Shown piece after piece: positions 10,674-20,302 of a stretch of 64,000 nucleotides of DNA. The notes beneath the pieces are model-generated. The model ran no database searches. It was given only the letters and a program-made list of their open reading frames with translations, and was not told the origin of the DNA. Made by a program: the position numbers and the translations under genes. Positions within the stretch are counted from its first letter, which is position 1, and each line of letters starts with the position of its first letter. Origin of the DNA: a virus (Duplodnaviria > Caudoviricetes); the IMG/VR virus record IMGVR_UViG_3300037501_000255; one strand, 5' to 3'.

Positions 10674-11495
10674 CTAGTAATTCTGTATCAGAACCTCAGG
10701 CACAGGACCGCGCCTGGCACCATTTGTATTTATGCTTCTTTTTGCAAAAACTATTGAAATATTGTATTCTCTGTACAGCTGTATGATTTCTTGTGAGTGC
10801 GAGTTTGAAACCAAAACCTTAGTGCGGCGTTCCGTAAGCACATCACAGAACTCTTTCAGGGCACGATGATCTGATATATCAAATCCCCCAGCGTTATATT
10901 GCGTGAAGTTTGCAGTCTCGCTTATCGGCAAATAGGGGGGATCGATGTATACCCAATCGTCCGCTTCGATTCTTGAGAGCAGCTCTGCGTAGCCAACATT
11001 CAGAATTTCACAGTTCTGGAGCGCTGCAGAGGCAGCGCGGATATTGTCAGCGTCAAAATCTACCCCGTCCCGCTTTCCAAAGGGAACATTGAAAAAGCCA
11101 GATGAATTAACTCTATAGAGTCCATTGAAACCCAGCTTGTTTAGATATATTGTTCTAGCTGCCTTCTGGCGCGCTGACCATTCAGCAAATTCCTCAGATT
11201 TCTCAATCTCTCTTATACGGTAGTATGATTCCGCATCCTGTCTTAGGTCTTGAAGTGCGGAGATTACTCCCTCCGGATCTTCCTTTACCTGGTGGTATGC
11301 GTTGACGAGCTCGGAATTGATATCGTTAATTATCGCGGGAGGAGGGCTTGCGCCTTCGGATAGGGCAAAGAATAGAGCTCCGCCACCAATCATTGGCTCA
11401 ATATATCTGCTGAAAGAAACTGGGCGCCTAGAGAGGATTTCTTCTAGCAGCTGACTTTTTCCACCCGCCCACTTTAAAAAAGGTCTCGCCATCAC
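10674..11495 (-). CDS. dam: DNA adenine methyltransferase (D12/Dam family)
   Basis: PFLKWAGGKSQLL, EPMIGGGALFF, NGLYRVN..G.FNVPFG, YIDPPY. Confidence 0.93.
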   Translation of the reverse strand: MMARPFLKWAGGKSQLLEEILSRRPVSFSRYIEPMIGGGALFFALSEGASPPPAIINDINSELVNAYHQVKEDPEGVISALQDLRQDAESYYRIREIEKSEEFAEWSARQKAARTIYLNKLGFNGLYRVNSSGFFNVPFGKRDGVDFDADNIRAASAALQNCEILNVGYAELLSRIEADDWVYIDPPYLPISETANFTQYNAGGFDISDHRALKEFCDVLTERRTKVLVSNSHSQEIIQLYREYNISIVFAKRSINTNGARRGPVPEVLIQNY

Positions 11496-12913
11496 AAATC
11501 CTCTATCTGATCCAAATCAGCATCACGGGCATATGTTTCAATTAACTGGCCCCTGAGGCTTCTCCACTCTTCTGGGGTAAGACCCTCTTTAATCTCACGG
11601 AGGAGCGATAGGCTGTCATCATCGCTATCGTCTGATGATAATTCTTCATCTGACAACTCAGAGTCGTCATCATCGATGTCGTCGCTGTTATCGAAAGCCT
11701 TTTTCTCTATGGAAATTCTACTCTTATACTCTTCTATAGTATCGGCCAATTCCTGCTCAAACGTCTCATCTGAGAAGTTTCTGCTTTCTATCGCCAATTC
11801 TTTTAAGTAAGCTGGGCTAAGTCCTATCACTCTAGTTGCAATATTGGCAATTACCTCGCGTGGGACTGATGGATTGTACTGGCCAAAGTACATGCTGAGT
11901 ATAGTTTCGTATTCATACTCCTGGGGATAGCCGAAGTACATCATCTTATCAAATCTTCCGGGCCGCAGCAGTGCTGGATCTAACTTACCCAGGCTATTGA
12001 CTGTAGCAAAGATAATGACCTCGGGGTGAGATTGCTTGATATTTTCAAGCATAAATAGAGCCACATCTACAGAGCTGTAGGCCCTATCGAAATCTTCGAA
12101 AACCAGTATTTGAGGCCGCAATTGGTTGATGAAGAACTCGAGTTCACCAGTCTCAAGCGTTCTAGCTATAGCCGGATCTATCTTGATAATACGGCTAAAG
12201 TGACGATAGGCTATTTGCAGAACTGACGTTGTCTTGCCTACCCCCGGCGGGCCGTGAAATAGGAAGGATCTAGAGATCCCTTCTTCCTGCGATCTTTTTA
12301 GACGCGCACAGAATTTCTCTAGGTCGTACTTGCCAATGTATTCTGGCTTCGAGGCCGGCAACGAGCGCAGCTCCAGTGTATGCGTTTGCCTGTTGCGCTT
12401 CAGATAGATACCGTACGGATACAGGTTCCACAATCTATCAAATAGCAGATCGAAGTTGAAGTTCTTCGTGTAGAAGAAGTCCATTCCTACGTCTTCGCGG
12501 CGGCTCTGTCTATACGCGTCTGTTGAGTTCTTGTATTGTACGATGTACATCGAGCTATCATCTGTTAATTTAAGCTCTATCAGCTCCTCATTTTCTGAGG
12601 AAAATACTATATCCTTCTCTACTGAGGCAAAGAGCTCTGATGTGAATATGAGGATTGGAAGATGGCCGAACCCGTGTTCTACATCTAGAGTGGAGATGTA
12701 CGACTCCATCGGGGACAGTTGGGGGAGGTTGAATGATTCTGCCAGCGCATTTGCGACGCTTAGCCCAGCAGCTGTGATCGTTAGCGGATCACGCTGCTTC
12801 ATCAAATGCATCGTTTCAAGAAGATGATAGGAGAATTTGGACAGATTCCTGACTATGGGCTTGTTTAACTGGTTAACAACCTTGGTCAAGAATCGGCGTA
12901 GTTTCTTCTCCAC
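11492..12913 (-). CDS. AAA+ ATPase with acidic tail
   Basis: GPPGVGKTT, LVFEDFD, LDPALLRPGRFD. Confidence 0.9.
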   Translation of the reverse strand: MEKKLRRFLTKVVNQLNKPIVRNLSKFSYHLLETMHLMKQRDPLTITAAGLSVANALAESFNLPQLSPMESYISTLDVEHGFGHLPILIFTSELFASVEKDIVFSSENEELIELKLTDDSSMYIVQYKNSTDAYRQSRREDVGMDFFYTKNFNFDLLFDRLWNLYPYGIYLKRNRQTHTLELRSLPASKPEYIGKYDLEKFCARLKRSQEEGISRSFLFHGPPGVGKTTSVLQIAYRHFSRIIKIDPAIARTLETGELEFFINQLRPQILVFEDFDRAYSSVDVALFMLENIKQSHPEVIIFATVNSLGKLDPALLRPGRFDKMMYFGYPQEYEYETILSMYFGQYNPSVPREVIANIATRVIGLSPAYLKELAIESRNFSDETFEQELADTIEEYKSRISIEKKAFDNSDDIDDDDSELSDEELSSDDSDDDSLSLLREIKEGLTPEEWRSLRGQLIETYARDADLDQIEDL

Positions 12914-12927
12914 GAATCACCTCTTTT

Positions 12928-13176
12928 TCACTCTTCGTCATATTCCTCATCTTCATCTGTTGCCGAAGAGATTCTGACTTTAACTGCATCACCAGTTTTG
13001 AGTAACTCATCTAATTGTTGGTCGCGCTTCGCCTCTTCTGCCGGCGAAGCCGGCGTTTCATCGCCCCTGCGCAGGGTCATAAACAGTCGAATATACTTCT
13101 GCGCATGAAACCCTAGAACAACTAGGCCGCCAACAGCACCAAGTAGCAGCGCCTTTTTGATAATAGACTTGTTCAT
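12928..13176 (-). CDS. Small N-terminally membrane-anchored protein
   Basis: ALLLGAVGGLVVLGF followed by an acidic tail. Confidence 0.6.
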   Translation of the reverse strand: MNKSIIKKALLLGAVGGLVVLGFHAQKYIRLFMTLRRGDETPASPAEEAKRDQQLDELLKTGDAVKVRISSATDEDEEYDEE

Positions 13177-13178
13177 TT

Positions 13179-14795
13179 TTATCCTCTTTCTACCTTGAAT
13201 TTTTCAAGGTCTTTTGTTGTTATAGACTTATACGCCTCCAGCGTATATCTGGAAAGTAAATCTTTCCTGCCGGCAAACCGCGAGAAGGCTCCATCCAACA
13301 CATAAAACGTGGCATGATCGTCCTCCGAGCGCACAGCGCGTCCGTATGCCTGCATAACGGACGTGGCGACTTCGTTGTCATAATAATTGCTGTAAAGGGC
13401 CATCATGCGCTTCGTATAGTCGTCCAGTGTCGGGAATGGTAATTTAATCATTACCTGGAATCTAGCCAGATCATCTTTCAGATCAACCCCCTCTAGCATA
13501 GCTGGGGACACAAGAACGCTTGCATTTTTGGCTGACGCGTGCTTTACTAGATGCTTACTCTTATCTTGCCCCTGCTCAACCCAAACAAAGCGCTTGTCGT
13601 GTTTGAATAACTTTTGTAGCTGACGAAAGAAGGAGTAATTGGAGCAGTGAATTATTCCCTTATCCCGGGCGTGCTTCTCCAAAATTACTCTAAGAGCTGC
13701 AATCGTAGGGTGTGTAGATGTGAATTCGGTTTTGTAATTGAGTGCTGGCAGGTCCTTTACAAAAAGGAGCGGGCGCTTTTCCTTTGGAAAGGATGACGGG
13801 ATGTCAATGACCTCAATCTCGTCATCTGATATGTTGAATATCTCACAAAAATTCTTTGGGAATGTTGCGGATAATAGAAGGACTTTTTTGAAAGGGTAGA
13901 ATATAATATTCTTAAGATATTTGAAGTTGACTGGCTTAATGTCAACCTCCGAGCCTTTATCGTCTATGAAGAACTTATTCTTGTCTTCTATTTCAAACTG
14001 AGATATGAATGAGGTGTTTATATTAAACTTGTATAGTTCCGGCGCAGCCTTTAAATCCCCTTCTTTTTTGAGAAGTTCTGAGGAGAGGAGAACGTGGCGC
14101 GCTAACCATTGGGCGGGGGATTCGCCCTGTCTGCGGCGAGCATCCTTACCTAAAAGATTCTCTACCGCTGTTTCAGAAATTTTATACCCAAATACCGAGC
14201 GAGCTTTGGACATCAGGTGATGTGCTTCATCGAAGACTACATTCTCACCGAAATTAGTACCCTCGCTAGGGTTTAGCGGAGTTTTCTTTAAGTGGAAGAA
14301 GAGGTCGTAGTTGACCACCGGGCTTGGCTTTACTGGAATGCTGCTGATTAGCTTGTAGTACTCGCATATGCCCGCACTAGTGCATCGCCCCTTGAGAGTC
14401 ATGGCCGGAGCATGTTCCTTCTTGAGTTCCTTTTCCCAATCTGTCATATCGGCATACTCGCGAGTAGCCGCGTCGGAACAGCATATGGCCTGGTCTACAG
14501 TCAGGTGTTTGAATGCCTTTAGCCCACAACGATAGTTGCTTTTTCCAAATATTGTGTACTCTGTGCCAAACTCTTTCGTGTCTGCATATTGGTTCTGCAG
14601 GATTTTTGTAGGTGTAAGTATGGCAGATCTAAAATGCCTTGCAAAAGCCACTGCGACAGCAGATTTTCCGCTGCCCGTTGGAGCATTGATCATAACAAAT
14701 TTCTTGCCTGAGTCAAATGCTGCCTCTGCATCAGCAAGGGCATCTTCGATGTATGGTCTGAACTTTGGAAAAGGATACTTTGATGCGAGTGACAT
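13179..14795 (-). CDS. DinG/XPD-like SF2 helicase with probable Fe-S cysteines
   Basis: APTGSGKS, VFDEAH, LLLSAT, EGVDL..D.ARFQV..K.PFP, QAYGRAVR; Cys residues in YRC..ICC..GRC..ICEY. Confidence 0.9.
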   Translation of the reverse strand: MSLASKYPFPKFRPYIEDALADAEAAFDSGKKFVMINAPTGSGKSAVAVAFARHFRSAILTPTKILQNQYADTKEFGTEYTIFGKSNYRCGLKAFKHLTVDQAICCSDAATREYADMTDWEKELKKEHAPAMTLKGRCTSAGICEYYKLISSIPVKPSPVVNYDLFFHLKKTPLNPSEGTNFGENVVFDEAHHLMSKARSVFGYKISETAVENLLGKDARRRQGESPAQWLARHVLLSSELLKKEGDLKAAPELYKFNINTSFISQFEIEDKNKFFIDDKGSEVDIKPVNFKYLKNIIFYPFKKVLLLSATFPKNFCEIFNISDDEIEVIDIPSSFPKEKRPLLFVKDLPALNYKTEFTSTHPTIAALRVILEKHARDKGIIHCSNYSFFRQLQKLFKHDKRFVWVEQGQDKSKHLVKHASAKNASVLVSPAMLEGVDLKDDLARFQVMIKLPFPTLDDYTKRMMALYSNYYDNEVATSVMQAYGRAVRSEDDHATFYVLDGAFSRFAGRKDLLSRYTLEAYKSITTKDLEKFKVERG

Positions 14796-15254
14796 TTATT
14801 CTCCGCTGGAGCCGAAACCTCCAGTTCCACGCTCAGATATATACAGCGGTGTGGCGTAAAGCTCCTCTTCTGATTCACACTCAAATGCCCTGAAGTGGAC
14901 CACTGGAATCAAAAGTAACTGCGCCACTCTGTCCCCATGTGAGATTTTTTGTACAGAGAGCCCATCATTGTGGAGATTTATCATTATCTCCCCCTTGTAA
15001 CCAGGATCAATTACTTGAGCTCCTACCTTTAACACTTTTTCTGACGCTAGACCAGATCGATTCATGACTAATAGGGCGTAGCCGTGAGGCACGTGGGTTT
15101 TGAGTCCGGTCTTGAGTTTAACACTCTCGCCTGGCTTCAGCTCCAATTCTGGTAACTCTGGAGAGAACCATCGGATATCGGCGCCGGCATCTGAAGCGTT
15201 TTTTCGTGTAGGTAGCGTTACATCCGGATGAAGTTTTAGAAATTGGAGAAGCAT
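14796..15254 (-). CDS. dut: dUTPase (trimeric)
   Basis: DAGADI, RSGLA, IDPGYKGEI, GDRVAQL, RGTGGFGSSG. Confidence 0.95.
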   Translation of the reverse strand: MLLQFLKLHPDVTLPTRKNASDAGADIRWFSPELPELELKPGESVKLKTGLKTHVPHGYALLVMNRSGLASEKVLKVGAQVIDPGYKGEIMINLHNDGLSVQKISHGDRVAQLLLIPVVHFRAFECESEEELYATPLYISERGTGGFGSSGE

Positions 15255-15260
15255 AATACC

Positions 15261-16028
15261 TCAGCTAAAGTCAGGATCTGAATATGCATTTTCTGCAGCA
15301 GGACTAGCGAATATTACCCGACATTTGTCGCACATGTCCGGATCGTCTCGGTAGCATATTCCTATCCATTTGCCAGTAAGGACATTGTACATTTTTTGAT
15401 ACTTCTTAGAGGATCGGACGAGTTGTGGGTGTTCCTTGTGCTCTGCCTGATTTAGCAGGAATTCCTCATTCCTGACGTTATTTCGTGTCTTGACCAGGAC
15501 GTTTAGCGTAACACTCTCGCCACCTTGCGGATTCTGCGTTCGCTGTATAGACGCGATGAGTGGGACGCGATCAAGCGTATCCGAGTCTGTCACGCTCCAG
15601 CGCTCAGGCAAGCACTCTTCGAATGCCGCCATAAGTGCCGCATCTAGCGATGCCTCAGGGCCTGCCCACAGATTAGGAGGGCAGGCCCTGAATACCGCTG
15701 CGTGTGTTTCGTTAAATGCGGCCATTGACAGCACACCGTCCGCCACACTACGTCCCGACACCTGCTCGAAGGACAGGTGCGGATGTAGACCGCGCGGCGT
15801 CGGCAGCAGCCGTACACAGCAAATATTTCTGTGTACGGCTCTATCACTTTCCTCCATTTGATACCAGGCCGTCAGCACCACTGGCACAGCATACTTGGTA
15901 AGAAAGTACTTCCTCGCTAACGCCGCAGATTGCGTTCTGGCAATAAGAAGCATTTCTGCTGGTGAGAAGTCGGAGACGAGAGTGCGCTTTTCGGAAAAAA
16001 TAAGTGGAGTCATTACAGCCCCTGTCAC
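15261..16028 (-). CDS. Hypothetical protein directly downstream of the E1 gene
   Basis: Its start overlaps the ThiF stop. Confidence 0.6.
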   Translation of the reverse strand: MTGAVMTPLIFSEKRTLVSDFSPAEMLLIARTQSAALARKYFLTKYAVPVVLTAWYQMEESDRAVHRNICCVRLLPTPRGLHPHLSFEQVSGRSVADGVLSMAAFNETHAAVFRACPPNLWAGPEASLDAALMAAFEECLPERWSVTDSDTLDRVPLIASIQRTQNPQGGESVTLNVLVKTRNNVRNEEFLLNQAEHKEHPQLVRSSKKYQKMYNVLTGKWIGICYRDDPDMCDKCRVIFASPAAENAYSDPDFS

Positions 16029-16876
16029 TTAGGTAGACGCAGTGCGAGCCCCAGCTTGGACCACGATTCCAACGAGGACTTCGTCAGCGGCCTTTGCGAG
16101 AACTTATTTTTGATTGAAAATTCAACCATGTATGTGGATATGGGATTTCCGCTTAGCAGATCATACACGAAGTTGAGTGCAAAAGTGGCCGCATTAAGGT
16201 TGACGAATCCGAATTGATTTGAGGACTCTGCCATCTCAGCACAACTGAGTTCGCTAGCCAGCTTATCTGTCTTAGCTCGCTCGACTAGCTCGGGGAATAC
16301 TTCGAACAGATGCGGGGTGCGATACACCCCGGTGCTGGGCTCCATTGCTGATGTTATGCAGGTGAGGAGCACCTGGCCGGCCACATCTTCATTGCCACAG
16401 TCAATGATATAACCGCCATTTGGGTAATATAGCTGAAGGGCCTCGACCATAAACTTCCGGGCTTTGATATTGTCAACGCACGAAATGATGAGTGGCGTAG
16501 AATTACCATAGTTTATGTTGTTGACCTGCGCATTGCGGAGGGCTGTTTTGATAGAGTTTGCGGATTCTAGATACTGCGGCAGGAATTGTATCTGCGTACC
16601 AAATGCAGTTGAATATCTCCTGGCCAGAGCCTCAGCCTTGTTTTTACCAACATCAGACTTGATAAAGTTCTGGCGTATAAGATTCTTTGGCTCTACCGTA
16701 TCTGCATCTGCAAGTGTCAAACAGACTGGCTGCCTGCTGTTAAGCAGCAAACGAACTAGATTTGGGATGACGTAACTGCCCGTGCCTCCGCAGCCTATAA
16801 CTAGTACATTTTGTATATTTGTCAGCGGCTTGAGCGGATACAGGGGTTCGATCGTGAGTGTTTTTGTCTGTGCCAT
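16025..16876 (-). CDS. ThiF/E1-like activating enzyme (PRTRC-type)
   Basis: VIGCGGTGS, DADTVEPKNLIRQNF, GKNKAEALA.RY, SCVDNIKAR, IDCGNE...GQV, ELSCAE (candidate catalytic Cys). Confidence 0.9.
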   Translation of the reverse strand: MAQTKTLTIEPLYPLKPLTNIQNVLVIGCGGTGSYVIPNLVRLLLNSRQPVCLTLADADTVEPKNLIRQNFIKSDVGKNKAEALARRYSTAFGTQIQFLPQYLESANSIKTALRNAQVNNINYGNSTPLIISCVDNIKARKFMVEALQLYYPNGGYIIDCGNEDVAGQVLLTCITSAMEPSTGVYRTPHLFEVFPELVERAKTDKLASELSCAEMAESSNQFGFVNLNAATFALNFVYDLLSGNPISTYMVEFSIKNKFSQRPLTKSSLESWSKLGLALRLPK

Positions 16877-16887
16877 GCTACATTGCC

Positions 16888-18048
16888 TCACTCATTCAGG
16901 AATGGGTCTGATGGAAGTTCGTCTGTCTCGGCAGCGTCTGCAACTTCTGGAAGGAGCGCCACTATCGTCTCTTCGTGGCCCGCCTCGAGAAGAGATCCAA
17001 TCAGGTCGGCAACGTCATCATCAGTCATGGCGTCGACCAATTTGTCGAACAGTCTCTGCTTCTGTACTCTTGTCATTTCAACTCCTCCGATAGAAAGGCG
17101 CGCGGTGGTGCTTTTAATCAGATCAATCAGTAGTTCGTCATCATCAGCGTCTACGTCTGACGACGCTGCGCTCCGCTGAAAAAAGGGGTGGTCCGCCGCC
17201 GCACCTCCCATTCTCCTACGAGCATCGCTTATTGCGAATTCAAGCTCGGTTTCAATGTCCAGTTGTGTGGGGCGAGATCTGTGCGTCATCGCCGCACGTT
17301 CATTGCCCAGCGACGTACTTTCAGACGAAGAAGTGGTTCTGACAGGAGCTGTTGGATATTTAGTAATCCTGCTTTTCCAATCGCCAGGAAAGGCGACCTC
17401 CGGCTCCTCCTCAAAGATATCTTCGCGTTTAATAATCACCCGCTTGCCTCCACACACAAAGGAGAAGAGCGTGGCAGGTGAGGACTGATTTAACTTACCG
17501 ATAACACCAAAAAATCTGTCACTCTTCTCATCAGCATTGTCTGTTCCAGAGAAAAAAGCATCCATTGTGTTGTGGGAGTGAGTCTCTAGAACAAGGTGGC
17601 ACCGCGCTTCAAGTTCCGTATCTCTCTCGAAATTGACTGAAGCGCCGCTAACTCGTTGGGCCGGGACATGGTTGAAGTACCGCTTCTCAACGGGGTCCCA
17701 AAATGTTTGGACGTACGCCTCATCCTTGCTCTCGTCGCAGATGGATTTAAAAAAAGCAAGTATTTCTTTGAAGAGGGCTAGCGGTATCTTGCCGAAGTGG
17801 CTCCGGCCATACTCTACATTTTGCTCTTCAGGAAATCCAGGAAGTGGGTTTGCGAATTTCTCCCTCTGGATAACAAAAATGCCTGCCCTGGACTTCCGTA
17901 GTTCCCAGACGCCATCGCGTCTGACAATGTAGTTTACCGGCTTCTCTACATTGGAAATGTCGGGCCAAGCCGCGTCCGTGAGGAATCCGGTATTCTGACG
18001 AGCCAGAAACGTTTTCAGATCTAGTTTAGGCTGAGATGATTCAGTCAT
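16888..18048 (-). CDS. JAB/MPN metalloprotease (PRTRC protein A-like) with acidic C-terminal extension
   Basis: JAMM motif E...ETHSHNTMDAFFSGTDNADE followed by FFGVIGKL. Confidence 0.88.
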   Translation of the reverse strand: MTESSQPKLDLKTFLARQNTGFLTDAAWPDISNVEKPVNYIVRRDGVWELRKSRAGIFVIQREKFANPLPGFPEEQNVEYGRSHFGKIPLALFKEILAFFKSICDESKDEAYVQTFWDPVEKRYFNHVPAQRVSGASVNFERDTELEARCHLVLETHSHNTMDAFFSGTDNADEKSDRFFGVIGKLNQSSPATLFSFVCGGKRVIIKREDIFEEEPEVAFPGDWKSRITKYPTAPVRTTSSSESTSLGNERAAMTHRSRPTQLDIETELEFAISDARRRMGGAAADHPFFQRSAASSDVDADDDELLIDLIKSTTARLSIGGVEMTRVQKQRLFDKLVDAMTDDDVADLIGSLLEAGHEETIVALLPEVADAAETDELPSDPFLNE

Positions 18049-18051
18049 TCG

Positions 18052-18771
18052 TCACTCTCCGTGCTTGAATATGGTTTTGATTGCTGTATCAAAATTCTTA
18101 TATTCTCGACTGTGAGGAAGCAGCCACTCGGTGTCGAATGGGTGCTCAGTCAGATATTTGAGATAGCTCTGAGCTACTGACTCGTTATCTCTACTCACCT
18201 GCGCCCATGGGAACTTTGAGTTTAGGCACGAGGTCTGGAATAGGTCATCATTGAATGGGGCCGTGAAGAATCTCCGCACCGCGCCATTTAGTGCAGCTAA
18301 CGATTTAAAGTTCTTGATCGCCTCTTCGTTTTGCCCCCAGCAAATTCTAGCATCTGGGAATACATTTGGTGTAGGGTAACTGTACAGCCCATCAATACCA
18401 AGCATAATGTTATTCTGCTTCATTGCAAAGATGTATGAATTGCTCACGAAATAGTGATCATTCGCCTTTGTGAGGATGAAGAGGAATAGAGCCGGAGGCA
18501 GGTTGGCTTTGCCCACGGCGTCAGCGGCGCGACCGCGCGAAGAGAATGATACATCATACGTGCTGGCTGGGCGCTCTACCGCTATGTGCGTCTGATCTCC
18601 TTTGACGCCAAGGTATCGCGTGCCGATGGGCAGGAATCCAATGTCAAATGCGACATTGGTGGACAGCACCTTGACTAGATCGGTCAGGTCTATTCCCTTG
18701 ACCTGCTTGTTGCCAGTAGGATCTGTGTACGTGAGGGTCGTTCCCGATTCAACAATATTTACGTCTAACAT
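18052..18771 (-). CDS. Prokaryotic E2-like protein (Prok-E2 family D / PRTRC protein B-like)
   Basis: NLPPALF, LYSYPTPNVFPDARICWG, FFTAPFNDD; sits between the JAB and Ubl genes. Confidence 0.75.
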   Translation of the reverse strand: MLDVNIVESGTTLTYTDPTGNKQVKGIDLTDLVKVLSTNVAFDIGFLPIGTRYLGVKGDQTHIAVERPASTYDVSFSSRGRAADAVGKANLPPALFLFILTKANDHYFVSNSYIFAMKQNNIMLGIDGLYSYPTPNVFPDARICWGQNEEAIKNFKSLAALNGAVRRFFTAPFNDDLFQTSCLNSKFPWAQVSRDNESVAQSYLKYLTEHPFDTEWLLPHSREYKNFDTAIKTIFKHGE

Positions 18772-18774
18772 TTT

Positions 18775-19638
18775 TCACCATCCAAAAAGTGTGTCTGTGG
18801 AGATTGTCATTTGCTGACGCTCGTCAGTTGCTATAACGGGACTAACATCGTATGTCAGCTGATTTGGGGCATCCATTATTTCATTAATGGTCATTGTGCG
18901 GCGGCGGCGAATTTCTTCCAACCTTTCTCTAGCTATCCGCTGGGCTCTAGCGCTATCAGTCTCTTCAAGAGAGACGGCTGTAGGCTGATTCTTTACAACA
19001 GTTACCAGAATATTCGCCCTGCCAGCAATTACCTCGCGGCGCTGCTCTTCGGAAAGAGAAGAGTGTGCGAGAATCAGGGCGCGCATGACGAGAAGCTTGG
19101 CTGCCAGGATCTTGTTGAAATCTTCTTGCTCGCGCTCTAAATTGCAGAATGGCGCAGTCTTAAATGCCGGGATTAGAAATTCCAGAGCTGTGTTACCTGA
19201 GCGTCCATCTTCGTGTGTGAATGGTGATACGCCGCCGGCAAGCTCCATAGCAGTCGCGAGATCGGGTGATTGGCGAGAGAAATTGAGTGCTCCTACAATT
19301 GCCGCTGCAATGTTATAGTCTATGCCGTCCGCCACGAGCCTACCACCCAACCCGCGAACCAAGATCTTAGGAGACCAGCTTACCGATAAGCCTGGCGTTT
19401 TTGCAATTTGCTTGTCAACAGCAAAGCGCAAATTCTCTATGAAGTGCTTTGAGTTGAAAGCTATGAAAGATTTCATGACTTCATTCACAGCCTCCGGCTT
19501 TGAGAAGTCCAGCGTTGAAATCTCGCTATATCTAGTTGACGTGGGGCGCCGAGATCTGCGCCCAAGCACGAGACTTTGCTCTACAACAAAGACGTGATTT
19601 AGAAGGGAGGCTGCAAGTTGCTCTCTGAGCTTTGACAT
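18775..19638 (-). CDS. Hypothetical protein inside the Ubl cassette
   Basis: Tightly packed operon gene, 287 aa. Confidence 0.6.
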   Translation of the reverse strand: MSKLREQLAASLLNHVFVVEQSLVLGRRSRRPTSTRYSEISTLDFSKPEAVNEVMKSFIAFNSKHFIENLRFAVDKQIAKTPGLSVSWSPKILVRGLGGRLVADGIDYNIAAAIVGALNFSRQSPDLATAMELAGGVSPFTHEDGRSGNTALEFLIPAFKTAPFCNLEREQEDFNKILAAKLLVMRALILAHSSLSEEQRREVIAGRANILVTVVKNQPTAVSLEETDSARAQRIARERLEEIRRRRTMTINEIMDAPNQLTYDVSPVIATDERQQMTISTDTLFGW

Positions 19639-19644
19639 GTGACC

Positions 19645-19920
19645 TCAGATGAAGTCTGAGTTGAGACTTACAGTCTTCAACCTCAGGAAAACGCCTTTGC
19701 ACTCTCGCGCGCTAAACCTCGCGCTAAGCATATCTTTGGCGGTACAGTTCTGGAATATCGTATCAATATCTTCCTGGGAGAGGGCTCTGCGAGCCTGAAT
19801 TAGCTTCTCCAGCGAAGAGCATGAGAGTATGGCTGTGATGTTATCTGAATGGCGCTTAAATGTCTCGCCGAAGAACTTGTCGATGATTTGCTTTTGAATT
19901 TCAGGAATATTCATCTTCAT
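19645..19920 (-). CDS. Hypothetical protein inside the Ubl cassette
   Basis: ORF with probable start MKMNIPE. Confidence 0.5.
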   Translation of the reverse strand: MKMNIPEIQKQIIDKFFGETFKRHSDNITAILSCSSLEKLIQARRALSQEDIDTIFQNCTAKDMLSARFSARECKGVFLRLKTVSLNSDFI

Positions 19921-19983
19921 CCCAAAAATAACGGTGGGGACATCAGCGAGTGACATCCCCACCGTTATGGTGCGGCTTATAGC

Positions 19984-20169
19984 TCAACCCTTGGTTCCGG
20001 CCTTCTCGGAGAACTCCCAAGTGGTGGAGCCATCGGCATTTTGCACGCGATTCACCTGCGCGTGCATGATGGCGGGCGCCTGCTCTGAAAGAGCAGCGCG
20101 GATTTCCCCTTCGGTGTGACCCGGAGGGAGGTGGTAAGTGACGCCCTGGAAAATAACGGTGTCCTGCAT
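19984..20169 (-). CDS. Ubiquitin-like protein, copy 1 (PRTRC protein C-like)
   Basis: 61 aa ending FSEKAGTKG; upstream SD GGAG. Confidence 0.8.
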   Translation of the reverse strand: MQDTVIFQGVTYHLPPGHTEGEIRAALSEQAPAIMHAQVNRVQNADGSTTWEFSEKAGTKG

Positions 20170-20302
20170 TGTATACTCCTACAGTGGTGTATATGTGTTT
20201 TACCCGCCTCAGCACCACAACAGAGTCGGATATTTGTGAAAATCAACCCTTGGTTCCGGCCTTCTCGGAGAACTCCCAAGTGGTGGAGCCATCGGCATTT
20301 TG
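19984..20302. repeat. Exact 60-bp direct repeat (19984-20043 and 20243-20302)
   Basis: TCAACCCTTGGTTCCGGCC...CGGCATTTTG is identical in both Ubl genes. Confidence 0.95.

Noticed and set aside
14793-14798. dUTPase-helicase fusion through in-frame TAA-ATG
   Set aside because: Both proteins are complete on their own, and stop-start adjacency is ordinary operon packing.
19195-19235. Fic-like motif SPFTHEDGRSG in the orphan inside the Ubl cassette
   Set aside because: Only the PF....GR spacing matches. The catalytic His and the DGN residues are absent.
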